A stretch of 64,000 nt of DNA from Thermoplasmatales archaeon (GTDB taxonomy: Archaea > Thermoplasmatota > Thermoplasmata > Thermoplasmatales > GCA-001856825), in assembly GCA_027345195.1 (NCBI GenBank), contig DAHWIJ010000040.1, positions 7,830 through 71,829 on the forward strand, written 5' to 3'. A program made the translations under genes and the position numbers. This document shows, piece by piece, positions 8,821 through 18,737 of this stretch (the stretch's first letter is position 1; every line of letters starts with the position of its first letter). The notes beneath the pieces are model-generated. The model was given only the letters and a program-made list of their open reading frames with translations, searched no databases and was not told the origin of the DNA.

Positions 8821-10287
8821 GTGAATTGGCTCTTGGTTTTGTTAACCCTAATATCTGCCTGGATCATAGTCTTCTTCCTGGCAGTTACGAGACTCAAGAG
8901 CCATGTTGCTCCCTACGGCCCAGCACTTCTCATAAAGACACAAATCGGCGTCAGAACTATAGAAAGAATATCGAAGTATAAGTTCTGGGATTACTTCATC
9001 ACCTTCTTCTACTATGCCCTTCCTGTATTTGCTGCGGCAGGAGTCCTTCTACTGGTATACGAAGCATTTCTTGTCCTGTCAATACCGAGGAGCGCAGCCC
9101 CTTCGCTCTCATACGTGCTGGCCCTGCCGGGTATCAATCCAGCGATACCTTTAGTGTGGGGGATCGTGGGGCTAATAGTTGCAGTAGCCCTCCACGAGGC
9201 TTCTCATGGAATAGCAGCAAGAAGGTTTGGGATTCCTGTGAGGAGTACAGGTCTCCTTTGGCTTATAGTGCCGGTAGGTGCCTTCGTAGAGCCTGACGAG
9301 GAAGAAACGAAGAAAGCAGAGCCAAAAGTCAGGGCTAAGATATTCGCAGCCGGGCCTGGAACTAACATAACTCTCACCGTTGTATTCCTTGTTCTTTCAA
9401 TTCTTGTGGCCTACACCTTTGCGCCAGTTGCCGGTGCACCTGTTCAAGGCTCGATCCTTCCATCCTTTCATCCGGGAGACGTGATTCAATCTATCGATGG
9501 AATTAGCATCCCCAATGTAACAGCACTGTCCAGCCTCTCTTTCCCACCAGGAACTCAGGTTGAGGTAACCCTCATTAGAGATGGAGCCCATGTAACAGAA
9601 AGCGTGGTCTATGGAGTCTATGTAACCGCGGTATTGAAAGGTTACCCGGCATACAATGCGGGCATTGCACCGGGAGCCGTAATCATTGCTTTGGGCGGTA
9701 AAACAATTTCAAACGTTACCGCATTTGAAAGGGATGAATCTAGTTATGTAGCCGGACAGGCCACAACCATTGAAACCTATGACGGAACAAGCTACCATTA
9801 TTACAACATCACCTTTGCGTCCAAATATGCGTACGAGGTGGCTAGCGGAATCTCAAGTCCAGGAATTCCAAAGGATACCCCATTCATCGGTATTGATGTT
9901 TCAATTATGGGCTTGACCCTTTTCGACCAGTATGCCTACCTTAATCTCCTTAAAAACCCAGCCTCTGCAGGGCCACTCGGTTTCTTCGAATATCTGAGTC
10001 TGCCATTCCACTTTGAGCTCCCCCTTCCAGGAACGATGCTGTCATCGATATACACCAACCCCATAACACTGAACCTGGAATACTTGTTCTACTGGCTATT
10101 TTGGCTGAATTTTGCCCTTGGACTGATGAATCTACTTCCCATCGTCCCCCTAGATGGTGGCTACGTCTTCCTTAACATGCCTGCGCTTCAGAAGAACAAG
10201 AGGGCAAGAGATGCCATTGTCGCTGGGTTCAGCCTGCTGGTTTTGTTCCTCATACTCTGGGAACTGATCGGACCCAGGATAATTTAG
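8821..10287 (+). CDS. Site-2 protease (M50) with PDZ-like inserts
   Basis: HEASHG, GAFVEPD, AAGPGTN, NLLPIVPLDGG, plus central PDZ-like segments (PAYNAGIAPGAVII). Confidence 0.92.
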   Translation: MNWLLVLLTLISAWIIVFFLAVTRLKSHVAPYGPALLIKTQIGVRTIERISKYKFWDYFITFFYYALPVFAAAGVLLLVYEAFLVLSIPRSAAPSLSYVLALPGINPAIPLVWGIVGLIVAVALHEASHGIAARRFGIPVRSTGLLWLIVPVGAFVEPDEEETKKAEPKVRAKIFAAGPGTNITLTVVFLVLSILVAYTFAPVAGAPVQGSILPSFHPGDVIQSIDGISIPNVTALSSLSFPPGTQVEVTLIRDGAHVTESVVYGVYVTAVLKGYPAYNAGIAPGAVIIALGGKTISNVTAFERDESSYVAGQATTIETYDGTSYHYYNITFASKYAYEVASGISSPGIPKDTPFIGIDVSIMGLTLFDQYAYLNLLKNPASAGPLGFFEYLSLPFHFELPLPGTMLSSIYTNPITLNLEYLFYWLFWLNFALGLMNLLPIVPLDGGYVFLNMPALQKNKRARDAIVAGFSLLVLFLILWELIGPRII

Positions 10288-10499
10288 ACCAAGTTTGTCT
10301 GAAATTGGTTGCCCGTTCCCCTGCTGATTGACAGGTCGAAAAAAGTGACGGGTAATTTGGAGCTGTCTGAAAGAGAGAGGGCCTCTTTCCTGAAGGATAC
10401 AAAGTTGTAGCAGAGATTGCACCTAGTCGGGGCATTTCTAATGAAATAACAGTTTCCGTTTGAATTGTAAAAACAGAATCTCCCGATCGATTCCACCAT
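10284..10499 (-). CDS. Small Cys-rich hypothetical protein
   Basis: 71 aa with C-x7-C-x9-C-x2-C. It fills the gap between the protease and purB, and a TTTTTATT box lies about 25 nt upstream of the ATG. Confidence 0.45.
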   Translation of the reverse strand: MVESIGRFCFYNSNGNCYFIRNAPTRCNLCYNFVSFRKEALSLSDSSKLPVTFFDLSISRGTGNQFQTNLV

Positions 10500-10608
10500 T
10501 CAACAGCATTAATGAAAATAAAAACTTTAGTTGAGTTTCCGGTGTCTTCTCCACTCTTGAATATTGGGACGAACGTCAATTTCATGCAGAAACTAGGGCA
10601 TAAGATCA

Positions 10609-11949
10609 CTACCTATATGTTCTGTATCTTTCTCTCATCTCCTCATATTTCCTTATGATGCCCTCTGTTATCTCTACTGCATTGCCAGTATAGTCAAGTG
10701 CAGATAGCTTTACCATCTTCTCTCCCGTGCTCTCTTCAATTCTATCCCTCAGATCTCCACCTTTCTCCCTTACCACCATAGATGCCTTCCTTACTATCTC
10801 GTGTGCTTCCTGTCTGCCAAATCCCTTATTCACAAGTGCCATCAGGTAGGCTTCTCCCAGGGCTAGATCATCGTTCATCACATTCTTAAGCATCACTTCC
10901 GAATTCACTTTCAGACCATCGAATACTGTGGTCATTTTGTTCAATATGTCATCTATGAGTATAGATACATACGGTATTATGAAGCGCTCAGACGCACTGT
11001 TCGTTAGGTCTCTCTCGTGCCAGAGCACTGCAGATTCATGCATCGGGACGAGGAAACCTCTTATAATCCTCGCGAGCGAAACAATGTTCTCGGAAACCAC
11101 CGGATTTACTTTCTGGGCCATGGTACTTGAGCCTACCTGCCTAGTCTCATTGAATGGCTCCTGAACTTCTCCTATCTCAGGTCTCTGGAGATTCCTTATT
11201 TCTGTAGCAAATTTTTCCAGTGATGTGGCTATGTTAGCGATGATGGAAACGTACTCCACAAACCTATCGCGGTCCACTATCTGTGTCGGGCCCTCTTCGA
11301 ATGAGATGCCAAGATCCCTCATGAGGATCGATTGAACTTTAATTGAATCCTTGCCGAGGGCAGCCCCCGTTCCCACCGCGCCCATGAATTTTCCGACTAA
11401 CACCCTCTTCTTAGACTCCTCTACCCTTGAAATATGTCTAGAAATTTCCGCGAGATACACTGCCATCTTCAGGCCAAAAGTTATCGGTAGTGCGTGCTGT
11501 CCGTGCGTTCTTCCAATCATCACTGTGTGCAAATGCTTCTTAGACAACGAATAGAGCGAATCGCCGAGCTTGAATAGGTCATCGATCAGCAGCGGGTAGA
11601 ATTTCTTGAATTGCAGGGCGGTAGCCGTGTCGGTGATATCGTTCGAGGTTGCACCCAAGTGGACCACCTTACCACTTTCTCCGCAAACGGAATTCAACAC
11701 CTTAACAACCGCCATCACGTTATGGCCTATCTCCGCCTCGACCCTTTTCACCTCCTCTATCTTAACTAGATTTGTGTTTGCACACCTTGCTATTTCTGCG
11801 GCATCCTTTCTAGCGATTATCCCAGCCTCTGCTTCTGCCTCTGCCAAAGCAGCCTCCACTTCTAGTATGTGTGCTAAGTTTGATTCTTCTGAAAATATGG
11901 CCCTGACTTCTTCCCTTCCGTACCTGTAATCAAGGGGAGAAACAATCAT
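10609..11949 (-). CDS. purB: Adenylosuccinate lyase
   Basis: SPLDYRYG, HLGATSNDI, GRTHGQHA, GSSTMAQKVNP, WHERDLTNS. Confidence 0.96.
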   Translation of the reverse strand: MIVSPLDYRYGREEVRAIFSEESNLAHILEVEAALAEAEAEAGIIARKDAAEIARCANTNLVKIEEVKRVEAEIGHNVMAVVKVLNSVCGESGKVVHLGATSNDITDTATALQFKKFYPLLIDDLFKLGDSLYSLSKKHLHTVMIGRTHGQHALPITFGLKMAVYLAEISRHISRVEESKKRVLVGKFMGAVGTGAALGKDSIKVQSILMRDLGISFEEGPTQIVDRDRFVEYVSIIANIATSLEKFATEIRNLQRPEIGEVQEPFNETRQVGSSTMAQKVNPVVSENIVSLARIIRGFLVPMHESAVLWHERDLTNSASERFIIPYVSILIDDILNKMTTVFDGLKVNSEVMLKNVMNDDLALGEAYLMALVNKGFGRQEAHEIVRKASMVVREKGGDLRDRIEESTGEKMVKLSALDYTGNAVEITEGIIRKYEEMRERYRTYR

Positions 11950-12094
11950 GAAGAAATATTGTCAATTAGGATAACTAGATTTCCATGTGGTCGGTCACAA
12001 ATTTTCAATCTACGAACGTCTTTGCCTCTTGAACGCCCGCTTTGACCAGTACAGCCTAAATTAAGGTGACTGTCTATAAATGTGAAAATTTAAT

Positions 12095-13297
12095 CTAAAA
12101 AAGCTGCAGAATAGAAAAAACACCCAACCCGACCACTGCGACAAGAAACGCGTACAAGAAAATCGTTCTTGGCTTACCAATTCTGTAACCTCCCATTATC
12201 TCCTTATCTGAACCGATTCTTATTACCACTAACAACGGGAGTGCTAGTGCTATGGCACTCAGCACCATTATATCCAGAGCAAGGTTCACGAGGTCAGTGA
12301 AGAGCAGAGTAAGCACCGCAGCTGGAATTATCTCAAGAAAGTATATTGCGTAAAATTTCTTCTGCTTGCCAACGCGTTTGTTGAACGTACCCCCTAAACG
12401 GAAGACATCAGAAAGAGAATATGACATGCTCATTGAGATGACGAACATTGCAAGAAGCCCTGCAACACCCATTGCAATTGCGAATATGACAGGACCGATG
12501 GGTCCTATTTCGTGTTGGAGAGCAGCAGCGACGTATGCAACTGAATTCCCATTGGAAAGACCATCCTGCGAAAGTCTCCACGAAAACACTACTATAGATA
12601 CCATTAGAACCTCTGAGGCAATTGCACCCTGCAAAGTTCCCCAGCTTTCCCTTTTCATTCCAGAAATCTTAAGGCCACTGTCCACATCGGCCGCCTGATG
12701 GTAAAAAAGCATCCACGGCATGATTACAGCGCCCACGTTCGCTGCAAGGAGAAAGTAGAATGAGTTGCTTGTAACTATCGGGGTGAAATCTGCGATATTT
12801 ACATTGCGCGGGAATACGAAGAAGTCGAGGACCACGAACAGGAACAGCAGGAAACCCAATGCAACCAGAAACAGCTCTATTTTCTTGTATTTGCCAGTGA
12901 ATACTACTACCGTATGGACAACTATGACGAACGCAACAGTAGCTACTATGGGAATCCCTATCAGAGATCCCGCCAGCGCTATTCCGGCAAATTCTCCTAC
13001 ATAAGCCGCGAAGTCTATGATTGCAGTTCCGCTGACTGCCGTCACAGTCCAAAAGTGACCGAAATTCTGGGAAATCACTTGTCCCAGCGTCTTACCCGTA
13101 ACCGCTCCAATTCTCGATGCGGTGTCCTGAACGAGGTAGAGTGGAATGATCAGCAATACCAAAAATATGATGAGATGTGCCTTGAACTCTATTCCTGACT
13201 GGACAGCGGTTATAACGCTGGGTGCGTCGAGGTCTGCCAACATTACGACCCATCCCGGGCCAAGGACAGGGAGTAACTTCCTGATCGTGGGGTTCAT
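12095..13297 (-). CDS. Nramp-family divalent metal transporter
   Basis: LGPGWVVMLADLDA, RIGAVTGK, ANVGAVIMPW. About 11 TM segments. Confidence 0.88.
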   Translation of the reverse strand: MNPTIRKLLPVLGPGWVVMLADLDAPSVITAVQSGIEFKAHLIIFLVLLIIPLYLVQDTASRIGAVTGKTLGQVISQNFGHFWTVTAVSGTAIIDFAAYVGEFAGIALAGSLIGIPIVATVAFVIVVHTVVVFTGKYKKIELFLVALGFLLFLFVVLDFFVFPRNVNIADFTPIVTSNSFYFLLAANVGAVIMPWMLFYHQAADVDSGLKISGMKRESWGTLQGAIASEVLMVSIVVFSWRLSQDGLSNGNSVAYVAAALQHEIGPIGPVIFAIAMGVAGLLAMFVISMSMSYSLSDVFRLGGTFNKRVGKQKKFYAIYFLEIIPAAVLTLLFTDLVNLALDIMVLSAIALALPLLVVIRIGSDKEIMGGYRIGKPRTIFLYAFLVAVVGLGVFSILQLF

Positions 13298-13308
13298 AAT
13301 TTGTCACT

Positions 13309-14004
13309 TCAGGAAATATTATTTCTTGATCCAACAGGGCTTGTATATTTCACACTCTTCAGTCCACTATAAACTCTCATTACCTTAGGGGATAACCTTA
13401 CAGTTTCTTCCATACCTGCTGGTAGCTTTATCTCCCCATTTTCTCCAATCAGATATACGCTCTTCTCTCCCTTCTCTATTCTAACTGGCATCCCCGGAGT
13501 TGATCCTGCATCAAGCAGTTTTTTCAAGAACGTCCGATCCTCGAGCACAGGCCTTACAAAGTAATATTTTCCTTCTGCTGCCACCTGCGCACTGAGTTCG
13601 CTCATTTTCATGTCAGGTCTCACTGGATTCCCATGAGGACAGAATGGAGGATTTCCCATTTTCCTGTAGAGGTTCGAAAGGAGCTTCTCCGGGAAGTCAT
13701 GTTCCAGGTCCATCACCGAATTGTGTACCTCATCCCATGGGACCTCCAGGAACGTATAGACGAAGTATTCCGTTATCCTGTGAGCCCTCACGATACCCAT
13801 CGCCTTCGTGTATCCGTTTTTCGTAAACTTCAGCCCTTGCTTGCTGACGGTAAGCAAATTTTCCCTCTCCAGCTTATGAATGCCTTCCCAGGCAGAGGGG
13901 AGGGATATACCCAGACGGTCTGCTACACCTTTCTCGTTTGCGAATTCATAACTCTCACTTAACTCCCAAATAGCCAGGAGGTAATCCTGACTGTTATGTT
14001 TCAC
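13309..14004 (-). CDS. DtxR/MntR-family metal-dependent transcriptional regulator
   Basis: QDYLLAI wHTH, HRITE, LEH, CPHGNP and a FeoA-like C-terminus. Confidence 0.92.
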   Translation of the reverse strand: MKHNSQDYLLAIWELSESYEFANEKGVADRLGISLPSAWEGIHKLERENLLTVSKQGLKFTKNGYTKAMGIVRAHRITEYFVYTFLEVPWDEVHNSVMDLEHDFPEKLLSNLYRKMGNPPFCPHGNPVRPDMKMSELSAQVAAEGKYYFVRPVLEDRTFLKKLLDAGSTPGMPVRIEKGEKSVYLIGENGEIKLPAGMEETVRLSPKVMRVYSGLKSVKYTSPVGSRNNIS

Positions 14005-14010
14005 CTTACA

Positions 14011-14030
14011 TAATTAGGGTAGCCTAATTA
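14011..14030. promoter_or_regulatory. Putative DtxR-family operator
   Basis: Perfect inverted repeat TAATTAGG-gtag-CCTAATTA, 7-26 bp upstream of the regulator GTG. It resembles TTAGG...CCTAA DtxR/IdeR boxes. Confidence 0.75.
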
Positions 14031-14143
14031 AACCTTGCTTCATAGAAATATCTACTCAGAAAGCCTATCTCAGCGGAAGGAAGCGCTAAGGGTGGATGAT
14101 TCCTCCTACAAAATTATATTATTGCGTCCCTGTTTCATATTTA

Positions 14144-14782
14144 ATGAAATCCTATGTCACTATAAATTTCGCCTCTTCACTTGACGGTAAAATAGCACTG
14201 AAGGGAGGAAAGTCATTCAAGTTCTCAAACTATGAAGATCTCGTGAGGGTTCATGAGCTTCGATCCAAATCTGACGTAATACTTGTGGGAAAGAATACTG
14301 TAAACCTTGATGACCCTAAACTCGTAGTAAATGAAAAGTACTTCAAATCCGATCACATCCCGGATGTGGCGATACTCGACACCACCCTCGCGGTTAATCC
14401 GAAGGCCAGAGTTTTCAATTATCCCAGGAAGGTTATCCTCTTATGCGGGAAAGACGCCCGGAAAGGGCCGGTTCTTGCCGAAGGGGAAGCGGAGACTGTA
14501 ATTAGAAGAAGCACTCTCATCAGACCAAACTCCTCGTATGCCGTGAAGGAGCTGGGGAGTATGGGTTATTCAAGAATAATGGTTGAAGGGGGAAAATCAG
14601 TCATATCTTCCTTCATCTCAGAAGGCAACTGGGATGAGATTTCCATATTCTATTCCCCCATTATGGTCGGAGAAGAAGGAATATCAATGTTCGGACCTCT
14701 TAGTAATCCCCTGACCCTTGGATCTGCGGAAGTCCTCAAACTTGGAGATGGCGTTCTGGTCAGAATCAAAAAAGGATTTTAA
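14144..14782 (+). CDS. RibD C-terminal / Rib7-type pyrimidine reductase
   Basis: ASSLDGKI, VHELRSKSDVILVGKNTVNLDDPKL, MVEGG. ATG 14144 preferred. Confidence 0.85.
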   Translation: MKSYVTINFASSLDGKIALKGGKSFKFSNYEDLVRVHELRSKSDVILVGKNTVNLDDPKLVVNEKYFKSDHIPDVAILDTTLAVNPKARVFNYPRKVILLCGKDARKGPVLAEGEAETVIRRSTLIRPNSSYAVKELGSMGYSRIMVEGGKSVISSFISEGNWDEISIFYSPIMVGEEGISMFGPLSNPLTLGSAEVLKLGDGVLVRIKKGF

Positions 14783-14796
14783 CGACATCCCGTTCA

Positions 14797-16017
14797 ATGT
14801 ATATGGAAGGAAAGAAGAAGATAGAATGGGCAATGAAGTGGATGCCCGTTCTCAATGACGTAAGGGGGGAGTTCCAATCGAAGAAGCCATTCAAGGGGAT
14901 GAACGTTTCTATGGCCCTCCATTTGGAAGCTAAGACGGCTGTCCTCGCCTACACGCTCAAGGTCGGTGGCGCAAGTGTTAGAATATCTGGGTGTAACCCC
15001 CTGACTACAGATGACGAGGTGGCAAAGTCATTAAGGGATGATTATGGGGTAAGCGCATTTGGAAGAAGAGGGATGACTAGAGAGGAATACTACGACAACT
15101 TGGCCCGCACGGTGGAGACTGAACCAGACATAATTATAGATGATGGTGGTGACCTAACCACCCTCGTTCTAAAGGACAGGGAGATGTACAAAAATGTCAA
15201 GGGTGGAAATGAGGAAACAACTACTGGGGTAGTTCGTTTGAAAAACATGGAGAAGGCAGGTGCGCTTAAGTTTCCAATGTTTGACGTCAACGATGCCCTC
15301 ATGAAGCACCTGTTTGATAACAGATATGGAACCGGGCAGAGCACAATTGATGGTCTCATGACTGCAACAAACCTTGTAATCGCAGGTAAGAGAGTGGTCG
15401 TGGCGGGCTACGGCTGGTGCGGAAGGGGGATTGCAAACAAGATGAGGGGTCTAGGGGCAAATGTCACTGTAACGGAAATCGACCCATTCAAATCAATTGA
15501 GGCACACATGGATGGATTCGACGTTGAGGAAATGAAGGAGGCGATAAAGCGTGCAGATTTTGTAATAACTGCAACAGGGGTGAAGGATATAGTCACACCA
15601 GAAATGCTGAAGCACGCAAAGGATGGCATAATTCTTGCAAACTCTGGCCATTTCAACAATGAGATTGCGGTAGACGACATAGAAAAGGAGTTCGGAAGGG
15701 GAAGAGAGGTAAGAAGGAATGTGAAACAGTATTCAGTTGGCAGGAAGAAAATTTACGTCCTATCTGATGGAAGACTTGTTAACCTCGCAGCGGGGCAGGG
15801 ACATCCAGTTGAGATAATGGACCTCTCATTTTCCATACAGGCCCTAACCGCAGAATTCATAGCAAAGAACCCACCAAAGAAGGCAAGAGTATTTCCTGTT
15901 CCTCAAGAGATAGACCTGAAGGTCGCGAACCTGTACCTGAATTCCCAGGGGATAAAGATAGACACACTGACGAAAGAGCAGGAAAGATACATCAATTCCT
16001 GGCAGGAAGGGACCTGA
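14797..16017 (+). CDS. ahcY: S-adenosylhomocysteine hydrolase (adenosylhomocysteinase)
   Basis: HLEAKT, EETTTG, KHLFDNRYGTGQS, GYGWCGRG, GRLVNLAAGQGHP. Confidence 0.97.
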   Translation: MYMEGKKKIEWAMKWMPVLNDVRGEFQSKKPFKGMNVSMALHLEAKTAVLAYTLKVGGASVRISGCNPLTTDDEVAKSLRDDYGVSAFGRRGMTREEYYDNLARTVETEPDIIIDDGGDLTTLVLKDREMYKNVKGGNEETTTGVVRLKNMEKAGALKFPMFDVNDALMKHLFDNRYGTGQSTIDGLMTATNLVIAGKRVVVAGYGWCGRGIANKMRGLGANVTVTEIDPFKSIEAHMDGFDVEEMKEAIKRADFVITATGVKDIVTPEMLKHAKDGIILANSGHFNNEIAVDDIEKEFGRGREVRRNVKQYSVGRKKIYVLSDGRLVNLAAGQGHPVEIMDLSFSIQALTAEFIAKNPPKKARVFPVPQEIDLKVANLYLNSQGIKIDTLTKEQERYINSWQEGT

Positions 16018-16071
16018 GGGGCACAAACTCCGGCAAGCAAATCATAAATAATCAATATTGGATATGGCGGT

Positions 16072-17130
16072 GTGCCATTCGAGAAACTGGCCGAGATGAT
16101 ACTTCCCAGGGAGGTCATCGGAGGTCACGGTGCAATCGAAAAGGTGGGAGATGTCTTCAGGAAGCTTACAATATCTAGGAAGGGGGTGATAGTGACAGGC
16201 AGCACAACAGTAAAGCTTGCGGGAGAACGTGTCAGAACCCTCCTGGAAGATTCTGGAATAGCTACTGAGATAGTTATCACCGACCGGGCCACGGAAGAGA
16301 ATGTTGAAATTGTCAAGGAAAAGACTAAGAAATCCGAGGCCAAGGTTATAATAGGCATCGGTGGAGGTACCAAGATAGACATTGCAAAGAAGAGTGCCTT
16401 TGACTTGGGTCTTGATTTCATCTCAATCCCCACCTCTGCAAGTCATGACGGGGTGGCGAGCCCCAGGGCCACAATAAGCAAGAATGGACTCTCGTCTTCA
16501 GTTGAAGCAACTATGCCGGCTGCAATTATTGCAGACACGGAGATCATAGTTACTGCACCGTTTAGATTTCTTGCTGCTGGTGCAGCAGACGTACTATCCA
16601 ATTTACCGGCGCTGAGGGACTGGAGTCTTGGTCACAGACTAAAGGGGGAGAGAATTAGCAGTTCAGCTTATGCCATCTCGGAATTTGCCGCTAAAGAGAT
16701 AATCAACAATGCCTCGCAGATCAAACCGCACGTTGAGGAGAGTGTCTGGCTTGTGATCAAACAGATTGTGTTCTCTGGAATAGCAATGAGCATTGCTGGA
16801 AGTTCAAGACCGGCATCCGGTGCCGAGCACATGTTTGCTCACGCAGTCGACACCATCAAGAAGGGGAACGGCCTCCACGGAGAGCTGTGCGGGATAGGGT
16901 CCATTATTGCAATGTACCTTCATGGAGCTGATTGGGTAACCATAAAGAACACCCTTCAGACGATCGGCGCACCGACGACCTTGGACCAGGTTTCACTAAC
17001 AGAGGAGGATGCCATTCAAGCCCTTATGATGGCCCACAAGACCAGGCCTGACAGATACACAATCCTTGGCGAAAATGGCCTGAGTGAAAGCGCTGCCAGG
17101 GAGGCGCTTCGCATAACGGGAGTATCCTAG
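16072..17130 (+). CDS. egsA: sn-glycerol-1-phosphate dehydrogenase
   Basis: GGGTKID, PTSASHDG, SSRPASGAEH, HGELCG. Confidence 0.95.
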   Translation: MPFEKLAEMILPREVIGGHGAIEKVGDVFRKLTISRKGVIVTGSTTVKLAGERVRTLLEDSGIATEIVITDRATEENVEIVKEKTKKSEAKVIIGIGGGTKIDIAKKSAFDLGLDFISIPTSASHDGVASPRATISKNGLSSSVEATMPAAIIADTEIIVTAPFRFLAAGAADVLSNLPALRDWSLGHRLKGERISSSAYAISEFAAKEIINNASQIKPHVEESVWLVIKQIVFSGIAMSIAGSSRPASGAEHMFAHAVDTIKKGNGLHGELCGIGSIIAMYLHGADWVTIKNTLQTIGAPTTLDQVSLTEEDAIQALMMAHKTRPDRYTILGENGLSESAAREALRITGVS

Positions 17131-17553
17131 ATGGTAATTACCCTCGTTCCGAAGAATCTCACTAAGGAGGGATCCGTTTTCCAGTACTTCTCTCCGGCCC
17201 AGGAATGCAATGTCTGTAACCTGAAGAACGTTTGCCATAACCTCACTCCCGGTTCCCACTACAGCGTTACTAAATTCAGGGAGAAGGAGCACAAATGCTT
17301 CATTCATGAAGGTGACAAGGTCTATACGGTAGAGGTGGAGGAGGTTGAGAGGAGTGTGATGATCCCCAGGAAGATTGCGAAGGAAGGCGCAAAAGTCACT
17401 TACAGGAAACCGGACTGTGACGACTATGAGTGCAAGTTTTCTGAAATCTGTATCCTCAGTTTCACAAAGGACAGGTCCAAGGTCAAGATAAACAGCATTG
17501 CTGACCAAACCTGTCCAAGAGGCTACGACCTGATAGAAGCGAAGATAGAATGA
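17131..17553 (+). CDS. UPF0179 family protein
   Basis: ITLV...ECNVCNLKNVCHNL...HKCFIHEG...C-x4-C-x5-C...CP pattern. Confidence 0.8.
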   Translation: MVITLVPKNLTKEGSVFQYFSPAQECNVCNLKNVCHNLTPGSHYSVTKFREKEHKCFIHEGDKVYTVEVEEVERSVMIPRKIAKEGAKVTYRKPDCDDYECKFSEICILSFTKDRSKVKINSIADQTCPRGYDLIEAKIE

Positions 17554-18737
17554 GCATCCTCATCGGAATTATAGGTAAACCGAACGTCGGGAAGAGCACC
17601 TTTTTCTCCGCACTCACCGAGAATCCGGTGGAGATAGCAGATTATCCGTTTACCACTATTGATTCCAATCGCGGTGTCACCTATATACGGACAAGATGCC
17701 CTGAAAAGGACATAGGGAGGAAGTGCAGCCCCAATTTTGGGAGATGCTCCAACGGGACAAGGCTCGTTCCGGTCGAACTTATCGATGTAGCCGGACTTGT
17801 TCCAGGGGCTCATGAAGGGAAGGGTCTAGGAAATAAATTTCTTGATGACCTCAGGAGAGCAGACGGCTTCATACAGATCGTTGATTCCACCGGGTCCCTG
17901 GACCAGAACGGCAACAATGTGGGAAGGGGGAGGGTGGACCCTCTCAGCGATGCAGAATTTGTCCACAGGGAAATCGTTCTCTGGCTTGCAGACATCATAT
18001 CAGACGGTCTTATCAGAAACCTGAGAAAACTGGAGAGCGAAGGGGGGAAAATTGAAGGGATCATATATGAGAAGGTTTCCGGTCTGGGCATAGACCCGAA
18101 GGACGTCGCACTGGCCGTGAAGAATGCAGGAATTCCCAGCAACCTGAAGAACTGGGATGACGACGTCACTTTCAGAGTTGCTGAGGGGATAGTCAAAATC
18201 TCAAAGCCTGGAATAATAGTGGCTTCAAAGGGGGACAAGATTACGAAGGAGGATGCAGATAGACTCCGTGGAAGGGGTGCTTACGTAGTTTCCGGTGACT
18301 ACGAGCTCGTCCTGAGAAGAGCGGCCAAGGCTGGTCTCATTGATTATTTCCCCGGAGATACGTACTTCACAGTCAAGGATGATGCCAAGCTCAGCCCTTC
18401 ACAAAGGGATGCTCTCAGGATGGTGGCTGATTTCTTGAAGTTAAATGGAGGTACTGGAACCCAGGATGCGATCGAGCATCTGGTCTACAAGGTGCTCAGG
18501 ATGATCGTCGTTTACCCCGTTGAGGATGAGAATCACTGGACGGACAAGAATGGGAATGTACTGCCGGATGCCATTCTGATGCGGGAAGGATCAACTGCCA
18601 TTGATCTCGCATACAAGGTGCACACGGACCTAGGTGAAAAATTTATAAGGGCTGTCAACGGACGCACAAAAAGGGTACTGGGGAAAGATTACGTTCTGGT
18701 AGACGGAGATGTCATCAAGATCGTTGCTGCTCGCTAA
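17550..18737 (+). CDS. ychF: Archaeal YchF/Obg-family translation-associated NTPase with TGS domain
   Basis: GKPNVGKST, YPFTTI, DVAGLVPGAHEGKGLGN, and a C-terminal TGS domain (AYKVHTDL). Confidence 0.92.
   Translation: MSILIGIIGKPNVGKSTFFSALTENPVEIADYPFTTIDSNRGVTYIRTRCPEKDIGRKCSPNFGRCSNGTRLVPVELIDVAGLVPGAHEGKGLGNKFLDDLRRADGFIQIVDSTGSLDQNGNNVGRGRVDPLSDAEFVHREIVLWLADIISDGLIRNLRKLESEGGKIEGIIYEKVSGLGIDPKDVALAVKNAGIPSNLKNWDDDVTFRVAEGIVKISKPGIIVASKGDKITKEDADRLRGRGAYVVSGDYELVLRRAAKAGLIDYFPGDTYFTVKDDAKLSPSQRDALRMVADFLKLNGGTGTQDAIEHLVYKVLRMIVVYPVEDENHWTDKNGNVLPDAILMREGSTAIDLAYKVHTDLGEKFIRAVNGRTKRVLGKDYVLVDGDVIKIVAAR

Noticed and set aside
11962-11982. AATTAGGATAACTAGATT, a partial match to the DtxR-like operator upstream of purB
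   Set aside because: Only one good half-site and no functional rationale, so probably chance.
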